Source: the human T2T-CHM13v2.0 reference genome, Homo sapiens. From it: a stretch of DNA of 64,000 nt. The stretch lies in the NCBI RefSeq assembly GCF_009914755.1, contig NC_060926.1. One strand, written 5' to 3'. A program made the position numbers and the translations under genes. The notes beneath the pieces were generated by a model. The model was not told the origin of the DNA, searched no databases, and worked only from the letters and a program-made list of their open reading frames with translations. Each line of letters opens with the position of its first letter. Positions within the stretch are counted from its first letter, which is position 1. Below are positions 1 to 17,246 of the stretch, in pieces.

Positions 1-312
1 AGTGGCTCATGCCTGTAATCCCAGCACTTATGGGAGGCTGAGGCAGGCGGATCACCTGAGGTCAGGAGTTCGAAATCAGCCTGGCCAACATGGCAAAACC
101 CTGCCTCTACTAAAAATACAAAAATTAGCCAGGCATGGTGATGGGCACCTATAATCCCAGCTACTTGGGAGGCTGAGGCAGGTGACTCCCTTGAACCTGG
201 GAGGCAGAGGTTGGCAGTGAGCAGAGATCATGCTGCACTGTACTCTAGCCCGCGCGACAGAGCGAGACTCTGTCTCAAGGAAAAAAAGAAAAAAAAGAAA
301 AAAGAACAAAAA
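1..312 (+). mobile_element. Alu (AluS-like), cut by window edge
   Basis: Dimeric Alu consensus with A-rich linker and tail. Confidence 0.9.
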
Positions 313-339
313 CCAAATCATCTCAAAACATACAGAAAA

Positions 340-2040
340 CACATGTGCCAAAATTCAACACCCTTTTATGCTCAAAAGATAACAAACAGAAGAGGACATA
401 ATCAAGTTGATTATGGTGAAAAACTTCATGGTGAAAAACAGGATACATTCCCAGTAAGGCCAGGAATATGGGGATGTCCACTCTTGCCACACATCTATTT
501 AATATTGTACTAGAGGTTCTAGTCAGAAGACGAGGCAAGAAAATGAAATAAACGGAATCCAGACTGGATAAGAAGTAAAACTATACCCATTTGCAAGTGA
601 CATAATCTTAGATACAGGAAAACCTAAGAAACAAACAAAAACAGTATTAGAATCAATAAACACGTTCAGCACAGATGCAGGATACAAGGTCAACATTCAA
701 AAATCAATTATATTTCTATACATTAGCAATAAACATTCTGGAAATAAAATTAAGAAATCAATTTCATTTACAATACCACCAAAAAAAATAAAGTACTTAG
801 GAACATATTTAACAACAACAAAAAAATGCAGCTTGCACTCTAAAAACTACAAAACACTGTTGAAAGAAATTAAAGTAGACCTAAATATACAGAAAGACAT
901 CCCATATTCATGAATGGGAAAACAATATTTTTAAGATAGCAATACTCCCAAAGTTATCTACAGATTCAATGAACTCTCTATCAAAATTCCAATGGCCTCT
1001 TTTAGCAGAAACGGAAAACTGATCCTTAAATTCATATGAAACTGCAATAGGCACTGAATAGCCACAACAATACTGAAAAAGAAAAATAAAGATGCTCAGT
1101 ATCATCTGTCATCAGGGAAATGCCAATAAAAATCAAAATGACATACTACCTCACATCCAGTAGGATGACTATAATCAAAAAGAAAGACAATGACAGGTGG
1201 TAATGAAGATGTGAAGAAATATGAGCCACTGTTTCCACTCCTATTGTATATACCCAAGAGAACTGAAAGCACACAACCACACAAAACCCTGTAAATTCAA
1301 TGCAGCACTATTTATAAGAACCCAAATGTCCATCAACTGATGAAGAGAGAAACATGTCCTATATCCATATGATGAAATATTATTGACCATGTGTGGTGGC
1401 TTACAGATTACATCTGTAATCCCAGCACTTTGGGAAGCTGAGATAATTGGATCACTTGAGGTCAGGAGTTTGAGACCAGTCTGTCCAATGTGATGAAACC
1501 CTATCTCTACTAAAAACACAAAAATTAGCTGGGCATGGTGGCAGGAGCCTGTAATCCCAGCTACTCAGGAGGCTGAGGCAGGAGAATTGCTTGAACATGG
1601 GAGGCAGATGTTGCAGTGAGCCCACATTACGCCACTACACTCCAGCCTGGACAACAGAGTGAGACTTCATCTCCAATAAATAAATAAACAAATAAATAAA
1701 ATTCAGTCATTAAAAAGAATAAAGTACCTATACATGCTCCAACATGGACAAATTTATGCTAAGTGGAATAAGCCAGATTTTTAAAAAGCCCCATATTCCA
1801 CTTACATGAAATGTCTAGAATAGCAAATCTACAGAGACTGAAAGTAGATTAGTGATTTCCTAAAGCCAGGGTATGGGAAATGGGGAATGACTGTGAATGA
1901 GTATGAAGTATCTTTTGGGGGATGAGGAAATGTTCTGGAGTGAGGCAGTGGTGATGGTTGCACAACTCTGTGAATAAATGAAAGATTACTGAATTGTAGT
2001 ATTTAAAAGGGTGAATTTCATGGTATGCAAATTATAACTG
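340..2040 (+). mobile_element. Old L1M (L1MB-like) ORF2/3' end fragments, interrupted by an Alu at ~1386-1700
   Basis: L1 ORF2 motifs (ggatgtccactcttgccac, gcaggatacaaggtcaacattcaaaaatca) and L1MB-type 3' end (gatggttgcacaactctgtgaat). Confidence 0.75.
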
Positions 2041-2439
2041 AAAAAGGAAGGAAGGGAGAAAGGAAGGAAACAAAATAGAAGTGGCTGGTTCTATGAATAA
2101 CTAGAGATCATTTGCTCACCTAGAGAAGCAACTGCCTCAGCTCCAGTCAATAGCTGCTACAGAAGTTCGGGCTCAGTATTATCAGATATGCTGGTTTTTC
2201 AAAAAGCCCTAATCCAAATTTTAATGTGAGATCTCCCCAATTTCAAATATTAGCAACTAATTCAAATTTTTACAAAAACAACCATGTTATCCTTGCATGC
2301 TGCCATTTTGTAAGCACTGACAACTTTAATTTCTTTTTAGTTATATTATTTTCAAATGTCAAGTAACATTAAGGAATTATCAAAGAAAAAATGTAAAAAT
2401 TATTAACACAGAATATAACATAAAACAAGAAAGTGTTCC

Positions 2440-2742
2440 TTTCTTTTCTTTCTTTTTTTTTTTGGAGACAGGGTCTCACTTTGTTGCCCAGGTTAGAGTG
2501 CACTGGCATGATCACTGCCTGCGGCAGCCTCAACTTCCCTGACTCAAGTGATCCTCTTGCTGCAGCCTCTCAAGTAGCTGGGACTACAGGTACGCATCAT
2601 GCCTGGCTAGTTTTTTGTTTTTGTTTTTGTTTTTTTATATGGCGTCTCACTGTGTTGCCCAGGCTGGTCTCAAACTCCTGGGCTCAAGCAATCCTCCTGC
2701 CTCGGCCTCTCAAAGTGTTGGGATTACAGGCCATCCAGCCTG
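2440..2742 (-). mobile_element. AluJ-like
   Basis: Antisense Alu consensus, diverged. Confidence 0.85.
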
Positions 2743-2932
2743 GTCTCGAGAAAGTGCTCCCTTCATCATGCCTATCAGTACCATTTCAAGGGCAACCACT
2801 GTATTACCTCAGTTTTTAGGACTTTTAATCAAGACAAATATAAGACTAAATTTTAAACAGCTGAGAAGAAAACATCTAGTCTAAATATCTTATTTTAAAA
2901 TCTGAGGGCCAAAAAGATAATATAACTTATAA

Positions 2933-3283
<351 letters not shown>

Positions 3284-3389
3284 TAGCATTTGCTACCACG
3301 CCCAGCTAATTTTCTGTAGAGATGGAGTTTTGCCACGCTGCCCTGATGTCTGCAAGTACCAATCCCCACTGTACGGCTGAGGAATCAGA

Positions 3390-4730
3390 ATATGACTGAG
3401 ATACAGCTGATTTAGAGGAGGTAATTGCAAAATGAGCCTAAAACATCTCACTGAACCAGAAAGAAAGCACATAAAGACTTATGGGGACATGTCAGAAGGC
3501 CACAGGCACAACTTGAAGGGGATTCCACTTATCAAATATGGGACAATTTGAGCATCAAAATAAAAATAATGTTGGATTACAGGCCCACTGAATAGAAAAA
3601 AATGAAACAATGAAGTTAGGCCCAATAGCTATAATCTCAGCTACTCAGGAGACTGAGGCAGGAGGATCACTTCAGCCCAGGGGTTTGTATCCCACCAGGG
3701 CGACATGGCAAGATCCCATCTCCTGAAACAAAAACAAAAACAAAAAAAAAAAAAAAAAAAGAAAGAAGAAAACCATGAGTCCATAAAAACAAAGATAAAC
3801 AAATAAATCAACAATGGGAGGAAGAGAAAGCTTTTTCTTACAGTAGAATGTCAACTAATGAATGTAATAAAATTAGAAAGACCACCATTCAGCAATCATC
3901 AATAGAAATAATTAAGTAATAATTCAACCAAGAAAAATCAACAAATGCTAAAGCTAGTGGATGAAAAGTGTGATGAGGAATGAGTTACTTAGTTTCAACA
4001 CACCATCTCCAAAAAATAATCATTTCCACTCATTTTTCAAAGGAAAAAAAAGTACCCTTTCTAGTGTAGAAAGCCAGCAGACAAAAAAAAAAGCTTAAGT
4101 CAAGTGATCCATGTTAATTAAGATCATCAGTAACAGGCAAATTAAAATCATGTACCTAACTAGCCTGACTTCAATTTTTAAAAATTAAAAAAAAGTGCCA
4201 ACTGGTAAGGTAACACTGAGAAGAATACCACATCACCTCTGTGATACTGCTACCAAAAATTGATAACCTGAATTGATTCATAGGGAAGCATTAGACAAAT
4301 CTCAATTGAGAAATAGTCTAAGAATTAACTGCTCTGTAAACCTCAAAACTGTCGAAATCATGAAAGTCAAGGAAACGTTATGGCTGTTCTAGATTGAAAT
4401 ACATCAAAAAGACACAACAACTAAATGCAAATTATAATCCTGATTGAATTATTTTCCTAAAATGAGCATTATTGGGACTACTGGCAAAACTTGAATGGGT
4501 TCTGTGGATTAGATGATATAATCCACAGGTTCTATCAATGCTAACCTCCTCATTTTGACAGTTGGATTCTGGATATGTAGAAAAATATCCTTATTGATAG
4601 CAATTACAAACTAAAATATTGTGGGGTGATGGGACCTCATGTTAGCAAGTTACTCTCAAATAATCAAAACAAATTTCTTTATACTGGTTTTGCAACTTCT
4701 GGAACTTATTTCAGAAGAAAAAAATTGTAA
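3390..4730 (+). mobile_element. L1MC/L1MD-type 3' UTR fragment with a FLAM at ~3620-3770
   Basis: atatgggacaatttgagcatcaaaataa and gaaagctttttcttacagtagaatgtcaacta motifs, shared with 52580-53050 and 57110-57930. Confidence 0.65.
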
Positions 4731-4759
4731 AAACAAAAACAAAGTGAAAAAAATCTATT

Positions 4760-5130
4760 CTTCTCCAGTCTTATCAAGAAGCATCTCTATTTTTCCAGTT
4801 GCTCAAAACAAAAATTTTGAGATAGGCTTGACCCCTCTCATGCTCTCACCTTATATTCCAATCCATTAGCAAATCCCATTAGCTTTCCCTTAAAAATATA
4901 TTTCACTACTCCAAGCCATAATCCTCTCTTGCATGGATTACTGAAATAGTTTCATATCTGATCAACTTGATTTTACTCCAAACTCTAATATAACTCATTT
5001 CCTATACAACAATAAGGATCACCCTTTTAAAAAGTAAGTCAGAGAATGTTAATGCTCTCTCTCTGTCAGAAAGTACTGGTAGTTTCTCTACTTTGAATAA
5101 ATTCCAAAGTCCTTGCCATGGCTTACTTCA
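4760..5130 (+). mobile_element. L2 fragment
   Basis: ccagttgctcaaaac...ttgacccctctc...ccaatccattagcaaatcc resembles L2a. Confidence 0.6.
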
Positions 5131-5156
5131 TATAATCTAGACTTCCCTACTTCTTG

Positions 5157-5465
5157 TTTTTTTGTGTTTTTTTTTTCTTTTTTGAGACAGGGTCTTGCTT
5201 TGTCACCCAGGCTAGAGCGCAGTGGCACAATCATGGCTCGCTGCAGCCTTGACCTCTTGGGCTCAAGTGATACTCCCACCTCAGCCACCCAAGTAGCTGG
5301 TACTACAGGTACGCACCACCATGCCCAGCTAATTTTTGTATTTTCGGTAGAGACACGGTTTTGCTATGTTGCCCAGTCTGGTCTTGAACTTCTGGGCACA
5401 AGCAATCCACCTGCCTTGGCCTCCTAAAGTGCTGCGATTACAGCCGTGAGCCACCATGCCTGGCC
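5157..5465 (-). mobile_element. AluJ-like
   Basis: Antisense Alu; TSD-like acttccctactt on both sides. Confidence 0.9.
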
Positions 5466-5965
5466 AACTTCCCTACTTTTGGTGTTATATTCTACTACAG
5501 TAAAGGTTAGATACAGAACACTGCTACTTCCGCCAAGACTAACACAATGGATGATCCCATCCCCACCACTGCAAAAAAAGAAAAGAAAAGAGAAGGCTGT
5601 TTAAATACCGGTAGGCTAAAAACATAAATATCCATTACAGCTTCCATGGCAATGCACTCTCACGAGTCTCCATTCTTCACCCCACTTCCCACATCTCACC
5701 TGAGTCTGCTTCAGAATCTCTTCTTCCTTGTTTGGCTATTAAATGCCAGTGTCATTTGAAGTTTCATTCTTGCACTACTACTCTTTTCATTCTATTGAGT
5801 CTCTTGAAGAAACATCACCTATAAACTAACCCTCAAATCTGTATCTCCAATCTAGACAGAGCTAAGCTTCAAATTCCAAATTATATAAAACTAGTTGTTA
5901 GATATTTTAATCCTTGGCCACATGCTTAGGATGGCAAAGCAGTAAGTTAAAAAAGAGTGCATGCT

Positions 5966-7568
5966 TCCCTCTCCCTCTCCCTCCTCCTCCCCCTCCCTCC
6001 CTCTCCCTCTCTTTCCACGGTCTCCCTCTGATGCCGAGCCGAAGCTGGACTGTACTGCTGCCATCTCGGCTCACTGCAACCTCCCTGCCTGATTCTCCTG
6101 CCTCAGCCTGCCGAGTGCCTGCGATTGCAGGTGCGCGCCGCCATGCCTGACTGGTTTTCGTATTTTTTTGGTGGAGACGCGGTTTCGCTGTGTTGGCTGG
6201 GCTGGTCTCCAGCTCCTAACCTCAAGTGATCCGCCAGCCTCGGCCTCCCAAGGTGCCGGGATTGCAGATGGAGTCTCGTTCACTCAGTGCTCAATGGTGC
6301 CCAGGCTGGAGTGCAGTGGCGTGATCTCGGCTGGCTACAACCTCCACCTCCCAGCCGCCTGCCTTGGCCTCCCAAAGTGCCGAGATTGCAGCCTCTGCCC
6401 AGCCGCCACCCCGTCTGGGAAGTGAGGAGCGTCTCTGCCTGGCCGCCCATCGTCTGGGATGTGAGGAGCCCCTCTGCCTGGCTGCCCAGTCTGGAAAGTG
6501 AGGAGCGTCTCTGCCCTGCCGCCATCCCATCTAGGAAGTGACGAGCGTCTCTGCCCGGCCGCCCATCGTCTGAGATGTGGGGAGGGCCTCTGCCCCGCCG
6601 CCCCGTCTGGGATGTGAGGAGCGCCTCCGCCCGGCCGTGACCCCGTCTGCGAGGTGAGGAGCATCTCCGCCCGGCCGCCCCATCTGAGAAGTGAGGAGAC
6701 CCTCCGCCCGGCAGCCGCCCCGTCTGAGAAGTGAGGAGCCCCTCCGCCCAGCAGCCGTCCTGTCTGAGAAGTGAGGAGCCCCTCCGCCCGGCAGCCGCCC
6801 CGTCTGGGAAGTGAGGAGTGTCTCCGTCCAGCAGCTGCCCCGTCCGGGAGGGAGGTGGGGGGGTCAGCCCCCCGCCTGGCCAGCCGCCCCGTCCGGGAGG
6901 GAGGTGGGGGGGGTCAAACCCCGGCCCGGCCAGCCACCCCGTCCGGGAGGTGAGGGGCGCCTCTGCCCGGCCGCCCCTACTGGGAAGTGAGGAGCCCCTC
7001 TGCCCGGCCACCACCCCGTCTGGGAGGTGTACCCAACAGCTCATTGAGAACGGGCCATGATGACAATGGCAGTTTTGTGGAATAGAAAAGGGGGAAAGGT
7101 GGGGAAAAGATTGAGAAATCGGATGGTTGCTGTGTCTGTGTAGAAAGAAGTAGACATGGGAGACTTTTCATTTTGTTCTGTACTAAGAAAAATTCTTCTG
7201 CCTTGGGATCCTGTTGATCTATGACCTTACCCCCAACCCTGTGCTCTCTGAAACATGTGCTGTGTCCACTCAGGGTTAAATGGATTAAGGGCGGTACAAG
7301 ATGTGCTTTGTTAAACAGATGCTTGAAGGCAACAGGCTCGTTAAGAGTCATCACCACTCCCTAATCTCAAGTACCCAGGGACACAAACACTGTGGAAGGC
7401 CGCAGGGTCCTCTGCCTAGGAAAACCAGAGACCTTTGTTCACTTGTTTATCTGCTGACCTTCCCTCCACTATTGTCCTATGACCCTGCCAAATACCCCTC
7501 TGCGAGAAACACCCAAGAATGATCAATAAAAAAAAAAAAAAGAAAGAAATATCATTTGAAAAAAAAAA
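5966..7568 (+). mobile_element. Full-length SVA retrotransposon (SVA_C/D-like)
   Basis: (CCCTCT)n head, Alu-like domain, GC-rich VNTR (~6400-7030), SINE-R, AATAAA at 7525, poly(A). TSD AAAAAAGAGTGCATGCT at 5949-5965 and 7569-7585, at a TT|AAAA L1 endonuclease site. Confidence 0.97.
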
Positions 7569-7789
7569 AAAAAAGAGTGCATGCTGACTACTTTGAGTCT
7601 TCAGAATGATTATACGATAAAAGTAAATCCCTTATTTGGTAACCCCTTGTATTTATTACAAACAGCCAAATATACTTCCTGATTTAGTGAGATACTGAGA
7701 TGAGGCTCTGGCAATGACACCCTGATTTTATCTCTTTCACATATAAGATTTCATCATGATTGTCAGACTGTCAGACTGGAAAACCTCAA

Positions 7790-8649
7790 AATTCACAGGA
7801 CACTGGGTAGTGTACTCAGAAGGGTGTGGTCTCAAAAGTAGAGAAAAATTATGCTAAACTAAATGCTACCCTGGTTCTACCTAATGAAACTTAAGAGCAA
7901 GACGCAAAGGATCTGTTTCCAAGTAATTTAACTGCTTCCCAAAACATACAAGAATGCAAAAATGTCCAGTGCCTAACAAGGTAGAATTCATAATATATGG
8001 TATTGAATCAAAAAGTACCAAATATGAAGAGAGGCAGGAAAATGTGAGCCAGTCAACTAATAATAACAGACCCAGATATGACACAAATGATAGAATTAGT
8101 ACAGTTGTCACAGCTATATTCCATATGTTCAAGCAGATAGAGGGAAGATGCTAAGTGGAGGCATGGAAGATGTTTTTTAAATGAAATTTTTACAGATAAA
8201 AAATACAATGCCTAAGATGAAAATTACACTGAATGAAATAACAGTAAATCAGACATCGGAGAAAAAGATTAGTAAACACAATAATGATGACAAAAAATAA
8301 AACCAATAAACAACTACAAAAAATGAACAGAGCATAAGCAGACACTAAGACAAACTGAAAGGAGCCTAATATACATTCAACTGAAGTCCCCAAATGACAG
8401 CAGGGCAAGATAGAATGTATACTTGAAGAAATGCCATAACTGTTTGGAATTTGACAGAAACTATAAACCCATAGATCCAAAACTCTTTATGAACCCAAGG
8501 CACAAAAAACTTGAAAAACACTTTACCAAGATGCATCACAAACTGCTTAAAAAACACATTATACACACAGAAATAGCAATAGGATGACAGCAGACTTTCT
8601 CATCAGGAATAATGCAAACGAGAAGACAGAAAACATCATCATTAAAGTA
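7790..8649 (+). mobile_element. Old L1M 5'/ORF1 fragment, ending at the TA target of Tigger1 copy A
   Basis: Encodes degenerate ORF1p motif RMTADF..S..MQTRRQ...IKV (cf. IRLTADFSSETMQARRQWNDIFKV). Confidence 0.75.
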
Positions 8650-9790
8650 AAGGTATACCTGAGATATTGCGGGTTCAGTTACAGATGATGGCAATAAGGC
8701 AAACATCATAATAAAGTGAATTTTTTTGTTTCCCAATGCATATAAAAGTTATGTTTACAATGTGTAGTCTATTAAGTGTGCAATGGCATTATGTCTAAAA
8801 AACAATGTACATGCCTTAATTAAAAATTATTTATTGCTAAAAGAATGTTAAAGAACACCTGAGCCTTCAGAGTTGTAATCTTTCTGCCACTAGAGGGCCT
8901 CCATGTTGATGGCTCCTGACTGATAAGGGTGGTGGTGGTTGCTGAAGGTTGGGGTGACTAGGGCAATTTCTTAAAATAAGACAACAGTTTTATTTAGTTT
9001 AAAACAAACAATAAGTTTGCCGTGTCAATTGACTCTTCCTTTCATGAAAAATTTTACTCTAGCATTCGATGCTGTTTGATAAAATTTTACCCACCATAGA
9101 ACTTTTTCCAAAATAGGAATCAAGCCTCCCAAACCCTTCATCGACTGAGTTGCTTATTGCTGCTTTACCAGTAAGTTTATGTAACATTCTAAATCTTTTG
9201 TTGTCATTTCAACAATGTTCGCAGCATCTTCACCAGGAGTAGATTCCATCTCAAGAAGCCACTTTGTTTGCTTGTCCATAAGAAGCAACTTCTCATCCAT
9301 CCAAGTTTTATGAGATTGCAGCAATTCAGTCACATCTTCAGGCTCCACTTGTAATTCTAGTTCTCCTGCTATTTCCATCAAATCTGTAGCTACTTCCTCC
9401 TCTGAAGTCTTGAACCCCTTCAAAGTTGTCCATCAGGGCTGGAATGAGCTTCTTTCAAACTCCTGTTAATGTTTATTTTTTTACCTCCTCCCATGAATCA
9501 CCAATGTTCTTAATGGCACCTAGAATGATGAATCCTTTCCAGAAGGTTTTCAATTTACTTTGATCCGATTGATCAGAACAATCTGATCACTGTCTATGGC
9601 AGCTATAGCCTTACAAAATGCATTTCTTTTTCTTTTTTTAGTTTCGCAGTGCATATAAAGTTATGTTTACAATATACTGTAGTCTACTAAGTGTGCAATG
9701 GCATTATGGCTAAAAACTGTATATACTTTAATTTAAAAATTATTTATTGCTAAAAAAAATGCTTAAAAACATGTGAGCCTGGCTTAGGCT
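8650..9790 (-). mobile_element. Tigger1 derivative, copy A (3' half plus internal duplication)
   Basis: TA then 3' TIR (a)aggtatacctgagatattgcggg. ORF 9154-9423 is Tigger transposase C-terminus ([36 protein letters not shown]). 9640-9780 repeats the subterminal block at ~8730-8865. Confidence 0.9.
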
Positions 9791-9807
9791 AATTTTTTAT
9801 TAGCCTA

Positions 9808-9924
9808 ATTTTTTATTTTTATTTTTAAAGACAGTGTATCACTGTTGCTCAGGCTGGTTGCAAACTCTTGGCTTCAGGTGATCCTCCCACTTTGGCCTCC
9901 CAAAGTGTTGAGATTACAGGCATG
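9808..9924 (-). mobile_element. FLAM (Alu monomer), 5'-truncated, paralogue of 36931-37075
   Basis: Shares non-consensus gtaatctcaaca and aagagtttgcaaccagcctgagcaaca with the copy at 36931. Confidence 0.85.
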
Positions 9925-9929
9925 TAATT

Positions 9930-10387
9930 TTTCAATTATGGTGCTGGGAAAATTGGACTATCATATGCAGAAGAATGAAACTGAATCATTATGTCTCACC
10001 GTATACAAAAATCAACTCCAGATGGATTAAGGACCTAAATGTAAGATGTGAAATTATGAAATTACGAAAAGAAAACTAGGGAAAACTCTTTTGGACACTG
10101 GTCTAGGCAAAGAATTTGTGACTAAAACCTCAAAAGCACAGGCAACAAAAACAAAAATAGACAGACGGGACTTAGTTGAACTAAAAAGCTTCTACACAAA
10201 AGAAATAATCAACAGAGTAAACAGACAACCTACAGAGTGGGAGAAAATATTTGCAAACTATACATCCAATGGGGACTAATATCCAGAATCTACAAGGAAT
10301 TCAGACAACTTCACACACACAAAAATAAAATAATCATCCCATTAAAACATGGGCAAAGGACATGAACAGACATTTTTCAAAAGAAGT
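9930..10387 (+). mobile_element. L1MA-like ORF2 fragment
   Basis: gactaaaacctcaaaagcacaggcaacaaaaacaaaaatagac; gtaaacagacaacctacagagtgggagaaaatatttgc. Confidence 0.8.
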
Positions 10388-10389
10388 TT

Positions 10390-13900
<3,511 letters not shown>

Positions 13901-14320
13901 AAATTATTCTTTAATGCTACTAGCTCTGCAACTCTGATCATTGATTTTAGGCCAATTTATGAATCACACCACAAATCTCATTACTCTGCAGACATCTTTG
14001 CTTTTGATTTTTAAAAAATATATTACTTAAACTGGTGATTCCTTTGTTTGCCAGACCGTAAATGAACTGAGTTTTTAAAAAATGAAGTCAAATCTGTCGT
14101 CATTGGTTACATATATCCTAATTGCAAGTATTCAAAAATTCTGAAGTTAATTTCAAAGAAGTATTTCCCACATAACACCAGTCACCTCTGAGAAAAATTA
14201 GGTGGCTGCAGGTAAAAGGAAGAGAGGAGAGGGTTCTGAGACCTTTCACTGTGTATCCTTCCAAATATTTTGAACTTTGTACCCTATCATTTACTCAAAA
14301 CCATATAAAATTCAAATTTA

Positions 14321-14658
<338 letters not shown>

Positions 14659-16193
14659 TTAAGTAATAATATAAAAGCAACAATATAGAGCCTCCCAGAA
14701 TGAATAAAAGAAATAATACTTCCATAGATGCAATAAATTTGGTTAAGTTTTAATAACTTAATAGTCATACCACATATGTAATCTCAAATTGTTTGAATGA
14801 TCACACTCCACATAAAGTGGCAGTCATTTGTAAACATGCCTGCACATCCTCAGAAAGGCAGAGAAAAATCTAATTTTCATCTAGTGGTCCCTGTGGTCCT
14901 AGTAATTATCACATTTGGGATGTATTTGCTTCCTTTCTCTTATCGAGTTTTAAAAGGTCTTTTAGTTGATAAAATGTTTTATCATTTCTTGAATTAATAT
15001 TTCAAAAGAATGTGTAGTTTATTTGGCAAATAAATTTGAGTTTTTAATATTTCCTTAGGACACAAAGTATTGTAGAATGTTTTAGAGTCACATAGGGACC
15101 TGGGTTCAAAACCTAGCGGTAGTTATAGGTGACTCTCGGCTATTACAAACCCACGTCCTTGTTTATGAAATGAAGATAGAAGAGACTATATGACAGGTTT
15201 GCTTTAAGTGCTGAATAAAATAATATATAACACCTAACACAAACACCTGACACCTTATCAGATGTCAGTTCTCTTCCTCCAAACAGCTCAGTGTTAAAGG
15301 CAATATTCAACTCTAAGCGGCAAATTGATTTTTCTCCTTTTTAAGGTATTACTCAGACAATATATTTGTAATTTTTAACAGATCCCTTCTTACTCATCCA
15401 TACTTTCTCTCTCAGTGGGTCATGTTACATACAAAAATAAAGACAGCAAGAAGAGCTCAGACGGTGGAACCAGACTGCTTGGGACTGAAATCGGCATTTG
15501 CCACTTACCAGGTGTGTGACCGCAGGCAAATGACTTAATCTTTCTTTGCCTTGATTTCTTTACTTGTAATATGGAGATTTATGGCATAATAGTATCTCAA
15601 GATTGCTATGGAAGTTAAACGTTTAAGTTAATGTAAAGTGCTTAGAAAGAGGCTGGCATATAGTAGTAATTATGCAAATGTTTGTTAAACAAAATTAAGT
15701 TGATACACACTTAGGGGTTTCCCCCACCCCACTTAGTTCTCAATACTGAGAATGCGGGGGAATTTGTTTTAAATGTTTACAAATGTTTACAAATCTTAAT
15801 TTTTTTTCTATATTTGATTATTTTAAAGAGGAAAGAAGGTAGCTCTTAGAACAAATTTAGACTTTAAAAAAAATTCTCAATCTGTACCCTGACTGTTGTC
15901 CCTGATACTGTTATCAGGCACTAGAAAAAAAGCAACAACCCATAATTGGTTTACCAAAAACATCACTCAACTGTTTATGGACGATAATTAGCAATAACGG
16001 CTGTCAGTGCCACGGTTCCTCTGTAAAAACGGAGACAACTGTATCTACTTTATATGATTGTTACAAACATTTAATATTATTTGTAAAGCACTTAGAACAA
16101 TACCAGAGCAGAGTGAACATTTAAAAAATAGCTAACATTTATTAGGTTCAGAATTTGAGCCCAATCCTGGGCAGAATCCACTTCTACACACTA

Positions 16194-16509
16194 CAGTTGG
16201 CCCTCCCTATCTGCACATTCCGCATGTGTGGATTCAACCAACTGGAGATCGAAAACAAATTTAATTTAAAATAATGCAACAATAAAAAAACACAAAAAAT
16301 GCCGTGTAACAATAATTTACACAGCACTTACACTGTGTTAGGTATTACAAGTAATCAAGAGACAATTTAAAGTATACGGAAGGATGTGTGTAGGTTGCAT
16401 GCAAGTACTACTCAATTTTATATAAGAGATGTTGAGCAACTGGGGATTTTGGTATTTGTGGGAGTCGAGGTTCTGGAACCAATCCCCCGCAGATACCAAG
16501 GGATGACTG
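16194..16509 (-). mobile_element. MER2-type Tigger MITE
   Basis: TIRs cagttggccctcc...gggatgactg; TA on the left flank. Confidence 0.85.
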
Positions 16510-16989
16510 TGTATTACACTGCCTCTCGTTGTTTGTTTATTTTTTTCAACCAACATTTAACATATGCTTACTGTGTGCCAATATGCTCTCCTCACCAATC
16601 TTGATTTTAAAAATGATAAAATGCTAACATCCTCTAAAAATTAAAAATCCTTCCAAAGTAAGCAGAATTTATACCTTAATACTTTATTAATATAATAAAA
16701 CCATGACCAAGGCTTCAGTCAAAATCAGTTCATATTGAACAACATATTAATATTTTGCTGATGGGAGTTTAACACTTTCTATTGCAAAACTCCCCAATGA
16801 TATCAAACACAGTACTTCTCAGTCAGAATTCTGAAGTCAACACGTTGCCTGAACCTCAAACTCCAACACAAAAACCCAAGACTAGCCAATTCTCTTCAAA
16901 TCAATTCCTGTAATCCTCTTCATTCCATGCTTTGTAAAAATGTTATTTGTGTAGCTGGCTGTCTTCATTATACAGGACCTTTTAAAAAT

Positions 16990-17246
16990 GTATTTACTTA
17001 TTTATTTTAGAGATAGAGTCTCACTCTGTCACCTAGCCTGGCTCAAGCAATCCTCCTACCTCAGCCTCCTGAGTAGCTAAGACTACAGGCACACACCACC
17101 ATGCCTGGCTAATTTTTCAATTTTTACTAGACATGGGGTCTTGCTATGTTTCCCAGGCTGGTCTTGAACCCCTGGCCTCAAGTGATCCTCCTGCCTCAGC
17201 CTCCAAAGTACTGGGATTATAGGCAAGAGCCACCAAGCCCAGCCAG
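16990..17246 (-). mobile_element. AluJ-like
   Basis: Antisense Alu consensus. Confidence 0.85.

Noticed and set aside
6280-7060. Long overlapping ORFs and spaced repeats resembling an array
   Set aside because: SVA VNTR: GC-rich degenerate tandem units, not a CRISPR array or a gene.
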